From Escherichia phage 235Ecol030PP: a stretch of DNA of 64,000 nt. The position numbers and the translations under genes were made by a program. Positions within the stretch are counted from its first letter, which is position 1, and every line of letters begins with the position of its first letter. The notes below the pieces were generated by a model. The model was given only the letters and a program-made list of their open reading frames with translations, did not search any database and was not told the origin of the DNA. The stretch lies in sequence record PP355091.1; one strand, given 5' to 3'. Of the stretch, positions 9,311 through 18,891 are shown one piece after another.

Positions 9311-10139
9311 TTATATATTTCCAATTATAGCCTTCAACACTTTTACGTTCGCCATTTAAACATTTTAAAATATTTCCTTTGCTAGAAATATTAAAATATT
9401 TTGCTGCGTCTGGTATATAATTAAATGTTTTTAAAAGAACACCATCTTTATATGCGCCAAATAAATTAAGAGTATATTTTTCTCGAAGACGTTGATGTTT
9501 CCTTTTCATAACCTCAGGATTTGCATACGCCAACCTCAATGAATTTCTATGTTTTTCTTTTACTTCAGGTTTTTGCATTGCTAACTTAGTTAGCCTGGAA
9601 ATTTTATTTCTAACTTCGTCAGTTTTCATTGCATTTGACAAATTTAATAAAGTTTTATTTCTAACTTCAGGTTTTTGCATTGCTAACTTAGTTAGTTCTC
9701 TATGTCTTTTTCTAAAATCGTCATCCTTCCATATATTTTTCGATAATTTTGACATAGAGCGGTGAAATAATTCCTTTTCACCGGAATACAATTTAAGAAT
9801 TTCATCCAATTCATCTGTATTAAATCTATCGGTATTCGAGTTTATCATTCTATGAAAGGCATAACACATTTTACTATTACTTGTTTTAGCTAAATAGTAA
9901 TGAGCTAACGCGTGGTCATAATATGACAAATTAACAATATTCCATTTATCTGTTTTATATTCAGGAAATATAGATTTGGGAAGCACGTGATGTGCTTCCG
10001 TTTTTCCTTTTATTTTAGGATTATTATAATTTTTTGTTATCAAATCAACATATGACAATAGTAAATCATTATTTTCTTCAAATATTAAAGATAATTTATC
10101 ATTCACAAAATCGCAAGGATAAAATCTATCATAATTCAT
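9300..10139 (-). CDS. mobD: Free-standing HNH-family homing endonuclease (mobD-like) between nrdD and nrdG
   Basis: 279 aa; HNH core EAHHVLPKSIFPEYKTDKWNIVNLSYYDHALAHY; repeated KLAMQKPEV modules; start overlaps nrdD stop (ATGA), stop overlaps nrdG start; gene symbol by position only. Confidence 0.7.
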   Translation of the reverse strand: MNYDRFYPCDFVNDKLSLIFEENNDLLLSYVDLITKNYNNPKIKGKTEAHHVLPKSIFPEYKTDKWNIVNLSYYDHALAHYYLAKTSNSKMCYAFHRMINSNTDRFNTDELDEILKLYSGEKELFHRSMSKLSKNIWKDDDFRKRHRELTKLAMQKPEVRNKTLLNLSNAMKTDEVRNKISRLTKLAMQKPEVKEKHRNSLRLAYANPEVMKRKHQRLREKYTLNLFGAYKDGVLLKTFNYIPDAAKYFNISSKGNILKCLNGERKSVEGYNWKYINEL

Positions 10140-11415
10140 TGGTGTTTAACCCTATGCATGATTTCTTTATTTTTACCGAGATTAAATCCGCGTTCGTTCG
10201 GGTTTCCAAGATATCCGCATGTTCTTCTTATGGTGTTCATCTTTTTAGGATCAGTTTCTCCACAAATAGAACAAACAAATCCGTTTTCAGTAGGAGTCAT
10301 TTCATGGGTACTTCCACATGTAAAACATTTATCTACTGGCATATTAACACCAAAATAATCTAAATGCTGTGCAGCATAATCCCATACGGCCTCAAGACCT
10401 TTTAGGTTATTTTTCATATCAGGAAGTTCAACATAAGAAATGTGACCACCTGTCGCAATGAAATGATATGGGGCTTCGCGAGAAATCTTTTCAAACGGAG
10501 TAATATTTTCTTCTACTGAAACATGGAAACTGTTAGTGTACCAGCCTTTATCAGTAACATCTTTTACACTTCCATATTTTTCTGTATCAAGTTTACAGAA
10601 GCGATAACAAAGGTTTTCAGCAGGAGTCGAATACAAACTAAAAGCAAACCCAGTTCTTTCAGTCCACTGTTTAAGACGAGCATTCATTTTAGTTAAAATT
10701 TCTTGTCCAATATCACGACCGACAAGAATATTCAATTCATGAATACCAATGTATCCTAAAGACACTGAACTTCTGCCATTTTTAAATAACTCAATTATAT
10801 CGTCATCAGGTTTAAGACGAACCCCGAATGCACCTTCTTGGTAAAGAATAGGAGCAACAGTCGCTTTAACTCCTTTTAAGGAACTAATTCTACACATCAA
10901 TGCTTCAAAACATAAATCCATTCGTTCATTGAACAATTCAACAAATTTCTGTTCATTGAACTGTGTTCCAATATAAGAATCTAACGCAATACGAGGAAGA
11001 TTCAATGTTACAACGCCAAGATTATTACGTCCATCAAGAATTTCATTACCAGTCGAATCTTTCCATACGCTCAAGAAACTACGGCAACCCATTGGAGAAA
11101 CAGGAATAGATGAACCGGTGATAGCTTTATTGTTCTTAGCTGAAATAATATCAGGATACATTCTTTTGCTTGCACACTTTAGAGCAAGCTGCTTAATATC
11201 ATAGTTCGGATCGTCTTTGTAAAGATTAACGCCTTCTTCGACGAACATAACAAGCTTAGGGAAAATAGGAGTTATCCCATCACGACCAAGACCTTTAATA
11301 CGATTTTTCAGAATTGCTTTCTGAATCATTCGTTCAGTCCAGTCAGTTCCCGTACCAAATGTAATTGTTACAAAAGGAGTCTGTCCGTTTGAACTGAAAA
11401 GTGTATTTACTTCAT
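10136..11415 (-). CDS. nrdD: Anaerobic ribonucleotide reductase NrdD, exon 2 (3' splice site position approximate)
   Basis: Large ORF with class III RNR C-terminal region including glycyl-radical region; exon boundary inferred from expected ~605-aa length and a G at 11416; not experimentally defined. Confidence 0.75.
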
Positions 11416-12460
11416 CATTATATTCAGCATGAGTCGCAAATTCATGCTCGTTTATATGAAACAACAAAATTTGGATAGTCCATAGATATGCAACGTTCTT
11501 TTATAGTGCTAGGATGAAAATTTAGCGCTTTAGCTGCTTCTATATAAGACGTATACTTAATACCGTCAACAACCACATATTCAGGAACTTTATGAATAGT
11601 AGTCTTAATACTCAAAACAAGAGGATGAGTTTCGACTTCACTTTCAGTGCAATTTAAATATTCCGCTGCTTTTTTAAAACTTCTAAAAGTTTTATTTTTA
11701 AGCTTTATCGATACTTGTTTTTTACTTTTTCGACTATTGATATTATTTTGCACATGTTCCTTAGATCTTCCGTTTTTAGCATAATATTCAGCTACAGAAG
11801 ATTTTATATTGTTTTTATGAGATTCGGATAACACTTTACCCTTATGAGCATCTCTTAATTTTTGAATATGTTCTTCAGTATCCGGATGCTTATAAAACTT
11901 TTTACCGCCTATGGATTTATTTAAACATTTTTTGCTATAAAAATATTTACGTATGACCTCTTCTTCATGTTTTAATGCATCTTTATAACTATCAAATGTT
12001 TTTAAAATTATCCATTTAGTAGGTGTATCAGTTTTTAAGCGTTCATTTATATACTTAGATGACGTTGTGTAAGTTTTCCAGTTTGTGGGCTTGTTTTTAA
12101 TTGTTCTAAATTTTTTATAACCGATATAAATGTCGCCATTAGAAAACTTAACTAAGTATGTAAATGCGTCTTTATCTTTTATTTTAGTACAACGTCTTTT
12201 TATCCATTTCATTGTTTCACCTCGTATTCATAAGATAATCTTATTTATACAAGATGACTGCTGCATGTCGCCATGCAGATTAGACTATATCTTCATCTTT
12301 CGATGCCGGCCGTTTCGAATAGCATTAGCTTCTATTCTACACCGCTACATTCATCACGGTTAGTCGTTAGGCATTTAGTTCAAAAGAACATTTAGCACGG
12401 GATTGTCTACTAGAGAGGTTCCCCGTTTAGACCGGTTTTACATGAGCCTGAATTAAATTA
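11416..12460 (-). mobile_element. Group I self-splicing intron in nrdD (sunY-type) carrying I-TevII ORF; boundaries approximate (about +/-10 nt)
   Basis: nrdD reading frame interrupted by about 1 kb; contains GIY-YIG endonuclease ORF; putative P1 pairing (exon ...AUGAGU with intron GCUCAU) near 12461. Confidence 0.7.
11442..12212 (-). CDS. I-TevII: Intron-encoded homing endonuclease I-TevII
   Basis: 256 aa; MKWIKRRCTKIKDKDAFTYLVKFSNGDIYIGYKK... (GIY-YIG-type N-terminus); lies inside nrdD intron as in T4. Confidence 0.85.
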   Translation of the reverse strand: MKWIKRRCTKIKDKDAFTYLVKFSNGDIYIGYKKFRTIKNKPTNWKTYTTSSKYINERLKTDTPTKWIILKTFDSYKDALKHEEEVIRKYFYSKKCLNKSIGGKKFYKHPDTEEHIQKLRDAHKGKVLSESHKNNIKSSVAEYYAKNGRSKEHVQNNINSRKSKKQVSIKLKNKTFRSFKKAAEYLNCTESEVETHPLVLSIKTTIHKVPEYVVVDGIKYTSYIEAAKALNFHPSTIKERCISMDYPNFVVSYKRA

Positions 12461-12998
12461 ACTCATACGCCTGAAACGCGTCATAGACATCTTTTTCTGT
12501 TTTAGATTGAGCATAATTCAACGCATCAGCGATTTGCCATTTTTCTGCATCCTCAATATGTTTTGCATAGGTGCGTTTAACATAAGGAGAAAGTACTTTA
12601 TCTACATTCGCAAAAGTCGTTCCGCCATATTGATGGGAAGCAACCTGTGCAGTAATTTGTGCCATAATTGCAGTAGCAACGCCAATTGATTTAGGAGTTT
12701 CAATCTGTGCATTACCGAGCTTAAATCCGTTCTCAAGCATTCCTTTTAAATCTACTAAACAGCAATTAGTAAATGGAAGAGCAGGGGAATAATCAATATC
12801 GTGCACGTGAATAATTCCGCTTTCATGCGCTTTCATAATAAAAGACGGGACCATATTTTTGGCAATGTGTTTAGACACAATACCAGCCATAAGGTCCCGT
12901 TGAGTTGGAAAAACACGAGAATCTTTATTAGCATTCTCGTTTAAAAGGTCTTTATTAGTTTTATGAATCAATCCTTCAATTTCTTTTTCAATTGTCAT
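12461..12998 (-). CDS. nrdD: Anaerobic ribonucleotide reductase NrdD, exon 1 (5' splice site approximate)
   Basis: MTIEKEIEGLIHKTNKDLLNENANKDSRVFPTQRDLMAGIVSKH...; 4-nt overlap with gene 49 stop. Confidence 0.8.
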
Positions 12999-13468
12999 TT
13001 TAAACTCTTTCTAAGCTGCTTCTTAAATGAAGCTATTAACTGTGTTTTGGTGTCAGATTCATTATATTCAAATCCTCTTTGAAGCATCTCGGCCATCATT
13101 TCCTCTTTTCCTAAACGAGAAAATTCCTTTGATTTATCTCCAACAAAGTTAGGGTGAATATTATTTTGGGTGTAATCGGATTTTAAATAAGTAAGTAAAT
13201 TTTCTAACCATTCAAGATAATCAACACCTTGTCCCTTTAAGCCAGAACGATTAAATTTATGCTTCATTTGACCTTCTGCGGCATTGCAGAGATTACAAAG
13301 CAATCCACGCACCTTTCCTGCTTTTGGTCCATTTAATTCATGGTCATGGTCGAGGTGATTAGCTTGAACATCAGGATTTAGTTCTCGTTGGCAAATTAAG
13401 CATTTACCGTTTTGTGCATTATAAAATTTCTGTTTTTCTTCTTTATATAATTTGCCAGTCAATAACAT
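12995..13468 (-). CDS. 49: Endonuclease VII (Holliday junction resolvase) gp49
   Basis: 157 aa; MLLTGKLYKEEKQKFYNAQNGKCLICQRELNPDVQANHLDHDHELNGPKAGKVRGLLCNLCN matches recalled T4 endo VII. Confidence 0.9.
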   Translation of the reverse strand: MLLTGKLYKEEKQKFYNAQNGKCLICQRELNPDVQANHLDHDHELNGPKAGKVRGLLCNLCNAAEGQMKHKFNRSGLKGQGVDYLEWLENLLTYLKSDYTQNNIHPNFVGDKSKEFSRLGKEEMMAEMLQRGFEYNESDTKTQLIASFKKQLRKSLK

Positions 13469-13507
13469 AATAAAACCCTTACCTTAAATAGATAAGGGTA
13501 TTTATTA

Positions 13508-13556
13508 TTTTCAAGTATTGTAAAACATTCGATGCAATCGTTTATACTGTCGAATC
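13508..13556. repeat. Direct repeat copy 1 (49 bp; partner at 13721-13769)
   Basis: ttttcaagtattgtaaaacattcgatgcaatcgtttatactgtcgaatc versus copy 2 with about 4 mismatches; covers the last 14 codons and stop of two different ORFs. Confidence 0.8.
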
Positions 13557-13687
13557 ATCTTTTTAGTAGGACGAGAATAGGTTCCTACGCAAGTGGTCAT
13601 ATGAGGGTCCGTAGAATGTCCTTTAATAAAAAGTTTCCAAACCTTACCGCCATTTAACTTTTCAGTATAAACCAATTCGGTTTTCAT
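13511..13687 (-). CDS. Small ORF (58 aa) sharing its C-terminal 14 residues with the next gene via a direct repeat
   Basis: MKTELVYTEKLNGGKVWKLFIKGHSTDPHMTTCVGTYSRPTKKMIRQYKRLHRMFYNT; AAGG 8 nt upstream of ATG; not in ORF track. Confidence 0.35.
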   Translation of the reverse strand: MKTELVYTEKLNGGKVWKLFIKGHSTDPHMTTCVGTYSRPTKKMIRQYKRLHRMFYNT

Positions 13688-13720
13688 TAAAATGCCTTGT
13701 CAGAAAAAGAATTTTGAGTT

Positions 13721-13769
13721 TTTTCAAGTATTGTAAAACATTTGATGCAATCGCTTATATTGCCGAATC
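13721..13769. repeat. Direct repeat copy 2 (49 bp; partner at 13508-13556)
   Basis: ttttcaagtattgtaaaacatttgatgcaatcgcttatattgccgaatc. Confidence 0.8.
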
Positions 13770-14227
13770 TTTTGGTCAGAAAAAGAAATTTGATTTTCAA
13801 GCCATTCAATGTATTCTGCGGCAGCTTGCATCAGGTTACCTTCATAGCCATCGTTATTTTCTTGTGCAGCTAATTTAGCTAATGCGTATGAAATACGTTC
13901 ACCTTGAAAATCGGCTTTAGGCTTCTGAACAACTTGATTAGTTTGCTCTACAACTTCTTCAATTTCGCCATTTTCTACTGATTCAGTATTCCACAAACAC
14001 CAATACGTAATTGGCTTATCGTAGATGTTAATAATCTTTCCATCAGAAAGTTCAATTTCAATAATTCCAGTATCAGGTTCTATATCATCTTCACATTCTT
14101 TTGCAAGTTCACGAACTTTAAAGACAGTACCTGCACTAAGTTCCGGCCAGTAATTACATAGCCCTGTATCAGCACGATTAATTCTAAACCACTTATCTAC
14201 TGTAATCATGTCCCATCTCCATATCAA
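13724..14227 (-). CDS. Hypothetical protein (occupies the T4 pin position; identity not established)
   Basis: 167-aa ORF; C-terminus IRQYKRLHQMFYNT duplicated in the small ORF downstream. Confidence 0.5.
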   Translation of the reverse strand: MIWRWDMITVDKWFRINRADTGLCNYWPELSAGTVFKVRELAKECEDDIEPDTGIIEIELSDGKIINIYDKPITYWCLWNTESVENGEIEEVVEQTNQVVQKPKADFQGERISYALAKLAAQENNDGYEGNLMQAAAEYIEWLENQISFSDQKIRQYKRLHQMFYNT

Positions 14228-14331
14228 TTAAGTCATTTATCATTGGTTCATTATACACCGTTTCTTCATCAGTGTAAACCGGTTCTTCCGGCTCTGGCTC
14301 TACAGTTTCCCATCTAGCCGCCCACCAAGGT

Positions 14332-14541
14332 TTAACCCCGAAGCTTATTAAGTTCTTCATAATCAATCCAGGATTCTAATCCTGATGGCAAATCAGATTC
14401 AATTTCCCAAAGAAGCTCTTCAATTTTCTGAAGACGATCTAGTTCTTCGGCTGGAATAGTAACCATTGATGGAGTTCTTGATACACTAATATCGTAAATC
14501 ATATTTACCCCAGTTTGACCATACAATCGCCGTATTTCCAC
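14332..14541 (-). CDS. Hypothetical protein
   Basis: 69-aa ORF. Confidence 0.4.
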   Translation of the reverse strand: MEIRRLYGQTGVNMIYDISVSRTPSMVTIPAEELDRLQKIEELLWEIESDLPSGLESWIDYEELNKLRG

Positions 14542-14720
14542 TTAGAAATAGACTTTTCACCGTTAGAATAATAAACTTCGAGTTTAGCACGATTATTTTT
14601 AATTTGAATAACCTTGGCTGTCATCAAAGTTCCATACCCGTAATAAACTGCAACTTCATCACCTACATATACCGCGCTTCCGCGGTAATCATGGATATAA
14701 TCAGTTCCTTCGAGAATCAT
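14505..14720 (-). CDS. Hypothetical protein
   Basis: 71-aa ORF, 4-nt overlap with nrdC stop. Confidence 0.45.
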   Translation of the reverse strand: MILEGTDYIHDYRGSAVYVGDEVAVYYGYGTLMTAKVIQIKNNRAKLEVYYSNGEKSISKWKYGDCMVKLG

Positions 14721-14980
14721 TTAAAGTATTCCCGCAATTGGTCAAATCCACCAATATGACTTCCATCAGGAGCAAATACCTGAGGCATCGTCAATCCGAT
14801 TTGAGTATCACGACCTAGTTTAGTCAGAAGCTCAGCAATTTTCTCATCATCAAAAACACCTTTTTCCGGCATAATGTTGATAAATTCAAACGGCTGTTTC
14901 TTCACAGTCAAAAGACGTTTTGCATTATCACAATACACACATTTATGAATGTTGCTATCATAACCATATACTTTAAACAT
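14717..14980 (-). CDS. nrdC: Thioredoxin/glutaredoxin NrdC
   Basis: 87 aa; MFKVYGYDSNIHKCVYCDNAKRLL (CVYC active site); matches recalled T4 NrdC. Confidence 0.9.
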   Translation of the reverse strand: MFKVYGYDSNIHKCVYCDNAKRLLTVKKQPFEFINIMPEKGVFDDEKIAELLTKLGRDTQIGLTMPQVFAPDGSHIGGFDQLREYFK

Positions 14981-14981
14981 A

Positions 14982-15365
14982 TTATTCCTTAATTCCTAGT
15001 ACTTGTTTAAAAGTCTCGTCGTAATCAAGACTTTGGCCCGTTTGTTCTTTATGTTTGTATATAATATCACTTACTTCTGATAGCATATTTTTATATGAAC
15101 GAGTTAAAGCAGATTTAAGCACGCTGTATCTATCAGGAAATTTACCATGTTCATTATAATAAGCTATTGCTAATTCACGGACTGCCTTTTCAGCAGTCTC
15201 CATATATTCTTTACGCTTGGTCATTTTCTTCTCGGTCAAATCGGTGTTTACAATGGCGACATTTATAACGAAGATTACTAGTCTGCCAATGGACCAATTG
15301 CACCTGTTCAGTTCCACATTCAGGGCAATTAGGAACGTTTTTAGAAGCACGTTCGCGACGTTCAA
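14982..15365 (-). CDS. Hypothetical protein; start probably internal (MTKRKEY near 15224)
   Basis: ORF overlaps upstream zinc-ribbon ORF by about 150 nt in its 5' part. Confidence 0.4.
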
Positions 15366-15525
15366 CCATGACCATTACAGAATCCCAATTAACAGGAGGG
15401 CTATAATCATCACAACCATGAATCTTTCCACGCATTTCCAGATCGTCTTCTTCACCAGCCATAATAATTTTAATTAGACTGGAATTACTAGAAGCTGCAA
15501 TATCTTCTAATAGACGCTTTTTCAT
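15211..15525 (-). CDS. Zinc-ribbon protein, hypothetical
   Basis: 104 aa; CPECGTEQ...CRHCKH two CxxC pairs. Confidence 0.5.
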
Positions 15526-16449
15526 TTCAATACCTCAATAGCATTACGTAAACCATTTGCTTTGGCGGTTAAAGCCTTAAGAACTTTAGTATGCTCTTCA
15601 ATTTGTTTTTCAACTTCAATCAAACGGGCACTGAGATATTCACGTTCTTCGCTCAAGTTATCAACCTTTTCTACTTTAGGTTCTTTTACAACTGGCTTAT
15701 ACGTATTAGGGTTCTTCAGTTTAATTAGAATGCGTGAACTGTATAACATTGAACCATTATCTTCGGTTTCATCATACATTTCCACTACGTCCATGATTTT
15801 TAACATCATGCGGAGTTTATAAGACAACGAACGAATAGTTTTGTTGTGCTTATTAATTTCTTTAGCTGTCATGGTGCCGAGATTACGTGAGTAATAATAA
15901 GGAACCTGGATATTAATTAATACTGATGAACCACCTGGCTTGTGTGTTACTTCATCAGCAATAACCCAGTCCTTAACATGAACTGTATTTGTACGGTCAT
16001 CGCCTGCGGTAAATAGTTTACGAGCATGCTTAAAAAGCATATTCACTTGGTCATTGAATTGACAAGCAAATTTATCAGCAAATTTAGTTTCAGGAATGGT
16101 AGATAACCAATCAGCCAAATGGGTCTTTTTAACATCGTTAACAATAGTAAATTCAACCAAATCGGTTATAGATGTCTCAGATTTAATGAAGCTCGGCTTC
16201 ATAAAATTTTTAATGTTATCGCGAGCTACAGTAGAAGATAACATACGAGAACGTTTAAACCATTCAAGCAAATTGCCCAACGAATGAGAATAAGCGTTTT
16301 GAGTATCTTTACAGATATGATTTTCCTGGCCAACATATTGAAGGAAATCACGAAGAATATTATTAATTACTGCTCTGTGTCCGATCTGATAATTGCGGTG
16401 TTTAGTAATAAGACTGTCAAAATAATCAATATAATGTTTACGAGTCATA
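15522..16449 (-). CDS. Hypothetical protein with C-terminal coiled coil (start taken at MTRKHYIDYF)
   Basis: ORF 15522-16499; C-terminal about 45 aa heptad-like ([42 protein letters not shown]). Confidence 0.5.
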
Positions 16450-16505
16450 TTAATCTCCTCAGTAGAAAGTAAGAACATTATACCACATCCTTGTGGCAAA
16501 GTAAA

Positions 16506-17525
16506 CTAGTTCAGTGCATTTAGTGCATTGTTCAGTTTAGAACGTTGCTTTGTCAGATTTTGAACCCTTGACTGAGCTTGTTCTAACGCCTTTTCAGCTT
16601 CTAACACTTCATTGGTCGCTTTAACGAGTTCATCATCTACTGCCTTAAGAGACTTCTCAATCGCATCCGCGTGCCATTTTTCAACAGGTTTAAGACTCGG
16701 ATTTTCAATAGGAAGAAAATTCACTTTATTGAATTTCCATGCATCTTTATTACTTGAACTATACATCCAAAATTTAGGATCGTTTGATGAGTAATTAGAT
16801 AAATTTAAGTTATCTTGCACTTCTTGCTTTTTCTCTTGCGGGACTTCGTCCTTTCTCAAAAAATCGTATTTAAATGAAACGATCATATCAAGTTCATATG
16901 TTGTTGTATGTTCCCAATTTCGTTCAAAACGAGGTAAAATCTTAGATTGAACAGCAGCAACAACATCCATATACTTAAATGCTTCTGTCAACTGTGATTT
17001 AAGGCATTCACAAATTGAAAGAGAATTTTTAGTATTAGGCTTAAAGCTAATTCGTGCAGTTCTATTATTTTCTTTTAACGGTCTTACTTCCATCCGAAGA
17101 GTATAACCATCAAATTTCAGATTCTTTAAGTTAATATCAGAACCTTTTAATCGACTAGCCGTCGACAAAATTTGCTTTAATTGTTTACGGAACAGAGCAA
17201 TAAATCTCCATTCAAGACGATAATGATTTGGATTAAAAAATCCTGTTGATAAATCGACCTTACTTTGACCAACGCCTTGAACAAATAGAGGATTTTTATA
17301 ATCAATAGTTTTACAGAAATCGGTGAGCTGCTCACGAGCAGTCATTTGAGTAATATACCCTGCTTTACTAAAATTACGCACCCATTCACTGCTATTCATA
17401 TACTTAAAGTGAATGGAACTATTAACTCTATCAGGGTCTAAATTATTTTGGCACAAAAATGTCATAACATTACGAGTATAGCTGGCATTACGAACCATAT
17501 CTTCAATTTGAGAACGAGTTTTCAT
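16506..17525 (-). CDS. Hypothetical protein with C-terminal coiled coil
   Basis: 339 aa; C-terminus VDDELVKATNEVLEAEKALEQAQSRVQNLTKQRSKLNNALNALN. Confidence 0.5.
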   Translation of the reverse strand: MKTRSQIEDMVRNASYTRNVMTFLCQNNLDPDRVNSSIHFKYMNSSEWVRNFSKAGYITQMTAREQLTDFCKTIDYKNPLFVQGVGQSKVDLSTGFFNPNHYRLEWRFIALFRKQLKQILSTASRLKGSDINLKNLKFDGYTLRMEVRPLKENNRTARISFKPNTKNSLSICECLKSQLTEAFKYMDVVAAVQSKILPRFERNWEHTTTYELDMIVSFKYDFLRKDEVPQEKKQEVQDNLNLSNYSSNDPKFWMYSSSNKDAWKFNKVNFLPIENPSLKPVEKWHADAIEKSLKAVDDELVKATNEVLEAEKALEQAQSRVQNLTKQRSKLNNALNALN

Positions 17526-17533
17526 GGTGTTCC

Positions 17534-18442
17534 TTAAGATTTAAGTAAATCAACAATTTTAATTAATTTTTCACGTTCAGATTTAGCTTTACTACTCAAT
17601 CCAGATAGTCTGAAAATTTCATCATCATATTGCTGAATAGAAATATTTAGCTCTTCAATCTGCTTATTAAAATAAGCAATTTGTTCAGAATGTTTTTCAT
17701 TACTGCGAACTGGTACAGGTTTTGTAGGTAATTTAGATGAACTGGATTCATCCGGGCGATAAATTAAAATACAATTTGAACCAATCGGACATTTAGCACC
17801 AGACACATATTCTAATGTTCCGGCTTCTTTTAAAACTTCAAAAGCTAAACAGAGATGATGCCCCATATTAACATAATCTGTAGAGCGAGCTCTGATGTAA
17901 TAATCATCTCCACGAGTACTAAATTTAAAGCATTTAAGGTCTTCTGTATTATTAGTTTTAAAAATCATTTGTTTATCTAGACCTTTAGCTAATCGAGCGC
18001 CTAATGCTAATAATCGTCGTTGATTTTCCCACAAATCCGCAATCATTTGGTCAAATGATAATTTCGGCATTAGTCGACCATAAAGGTCGTATCCTTTATT
18101 ATAATTGCGAAGGATTTCACTCGCGTTAATGCGAGACAACGCTCCAATTTTATTAAGGGCTTTCATGATGCGATTAGATAAACCCATTCCAGACCCGTTT
18201 GTTCGTTGTAAATGTTTATCTAATCCAAACCCAATATCAACTTTAAATTTATCTAAAATTTCAGCATGAACATCTCTGTCAATAACATTCAAATCCAAAG
18301 TTGGGTTAAATCTATGAAAAAATTTATCTGGCTCTCCACGACGAAGTACAGTCCATTCATTCAATTTTTTATTAACTAAAGATTTAATTACTGCATTGAC
18401 ATTATTAATTACTACTGACATATTTTCCTCACTCAATTTCAA
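17534..18442 (-). CDS. Hypothetical protein with C-terminal coiled coil
   Basis: 302 aa; C-terminus IAYFNKQIEELNISIQQYDDEIFRLSGLSSKAKSEREKLIKIVDLLKS. Confidence 0.5.
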   Translation of the reverse strand: MKLSEENMSVVINNVNAVIKSLVNKKLNEWTVLRRGEPDKFFHRFNPTLDLNVIDRDVHAEILDKFKVDIGFGLDKHLQRTNGSGMGLSNRIMKALNKIGALSRINASEILRNYNKGYDLYGRLMPKLSFDQMIADLWENQRRLLALGARLAKGLDKQMIFKTNNTEDLKCFKFSTRGDDYYIRARSTDYVNMGHHLCLAFEVLKEAGTLEYVSGAKCPIGSNCILIYRPDESSSSKLPTKPVPVRSNEKHSEQIAYFNKQIEELNISIQQYDDEIFRLSGLSSKAKSEREKLIKIVDLLKS

Positions 18443-18836
18443 TTTTACTAAATATACAGAATAAGATGGAACAGACTATATAAGCACCACACACAGATTG
18501 AACTAATACCATTCCAAAGAACCAAACAATATTATCAAACAATGTCTGTTTTACGTCGAAAGGACGTAAACTTACAGTAATATTATCGTCTTTTTCTATT
18601 GAAGAATACATCTCTGGGGAAATATATTCACTAAATCTATAACCGTCTTTGAGTTCATATACGGCAATAAACGATAAACTAGACCCCTTTCCTTGAGTTC
18701 CTGTAAGGGTATTAACTACAGTAACATCATAATCTTTATAATGCATATAATCATTAATTGCGTAATAACCATATGCAACTACTACACATAAACAACATAT
18801 CAATAAATTCAATCTTTTAATTATCAACTGTTTCAT
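18429..18836 (-). CDS. Membrane protein, hypothetical
   Basis: 135 aa; N-terminal and C-terminal hydrophobic segments. Confidence 0.45.
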   Translation of the reverse strand: MKQLIIKRLNLLICCLCVVVAYGYYAINDYMHYKDYDVTVVNTLTGTQGKGSSLSFIAVYELKDGYRFSEYISPEMYSSIEKDDNITVSLRPFDVKQTLFDNIVWFFGMVLVQSVCGAYIVCSILFCIFSKIEIE

Positions 18837-18891
18837 AATAATCTCAATTAAAAGGGCTTAGAACCATTATACCATCCTTGGTATAAAGCGG

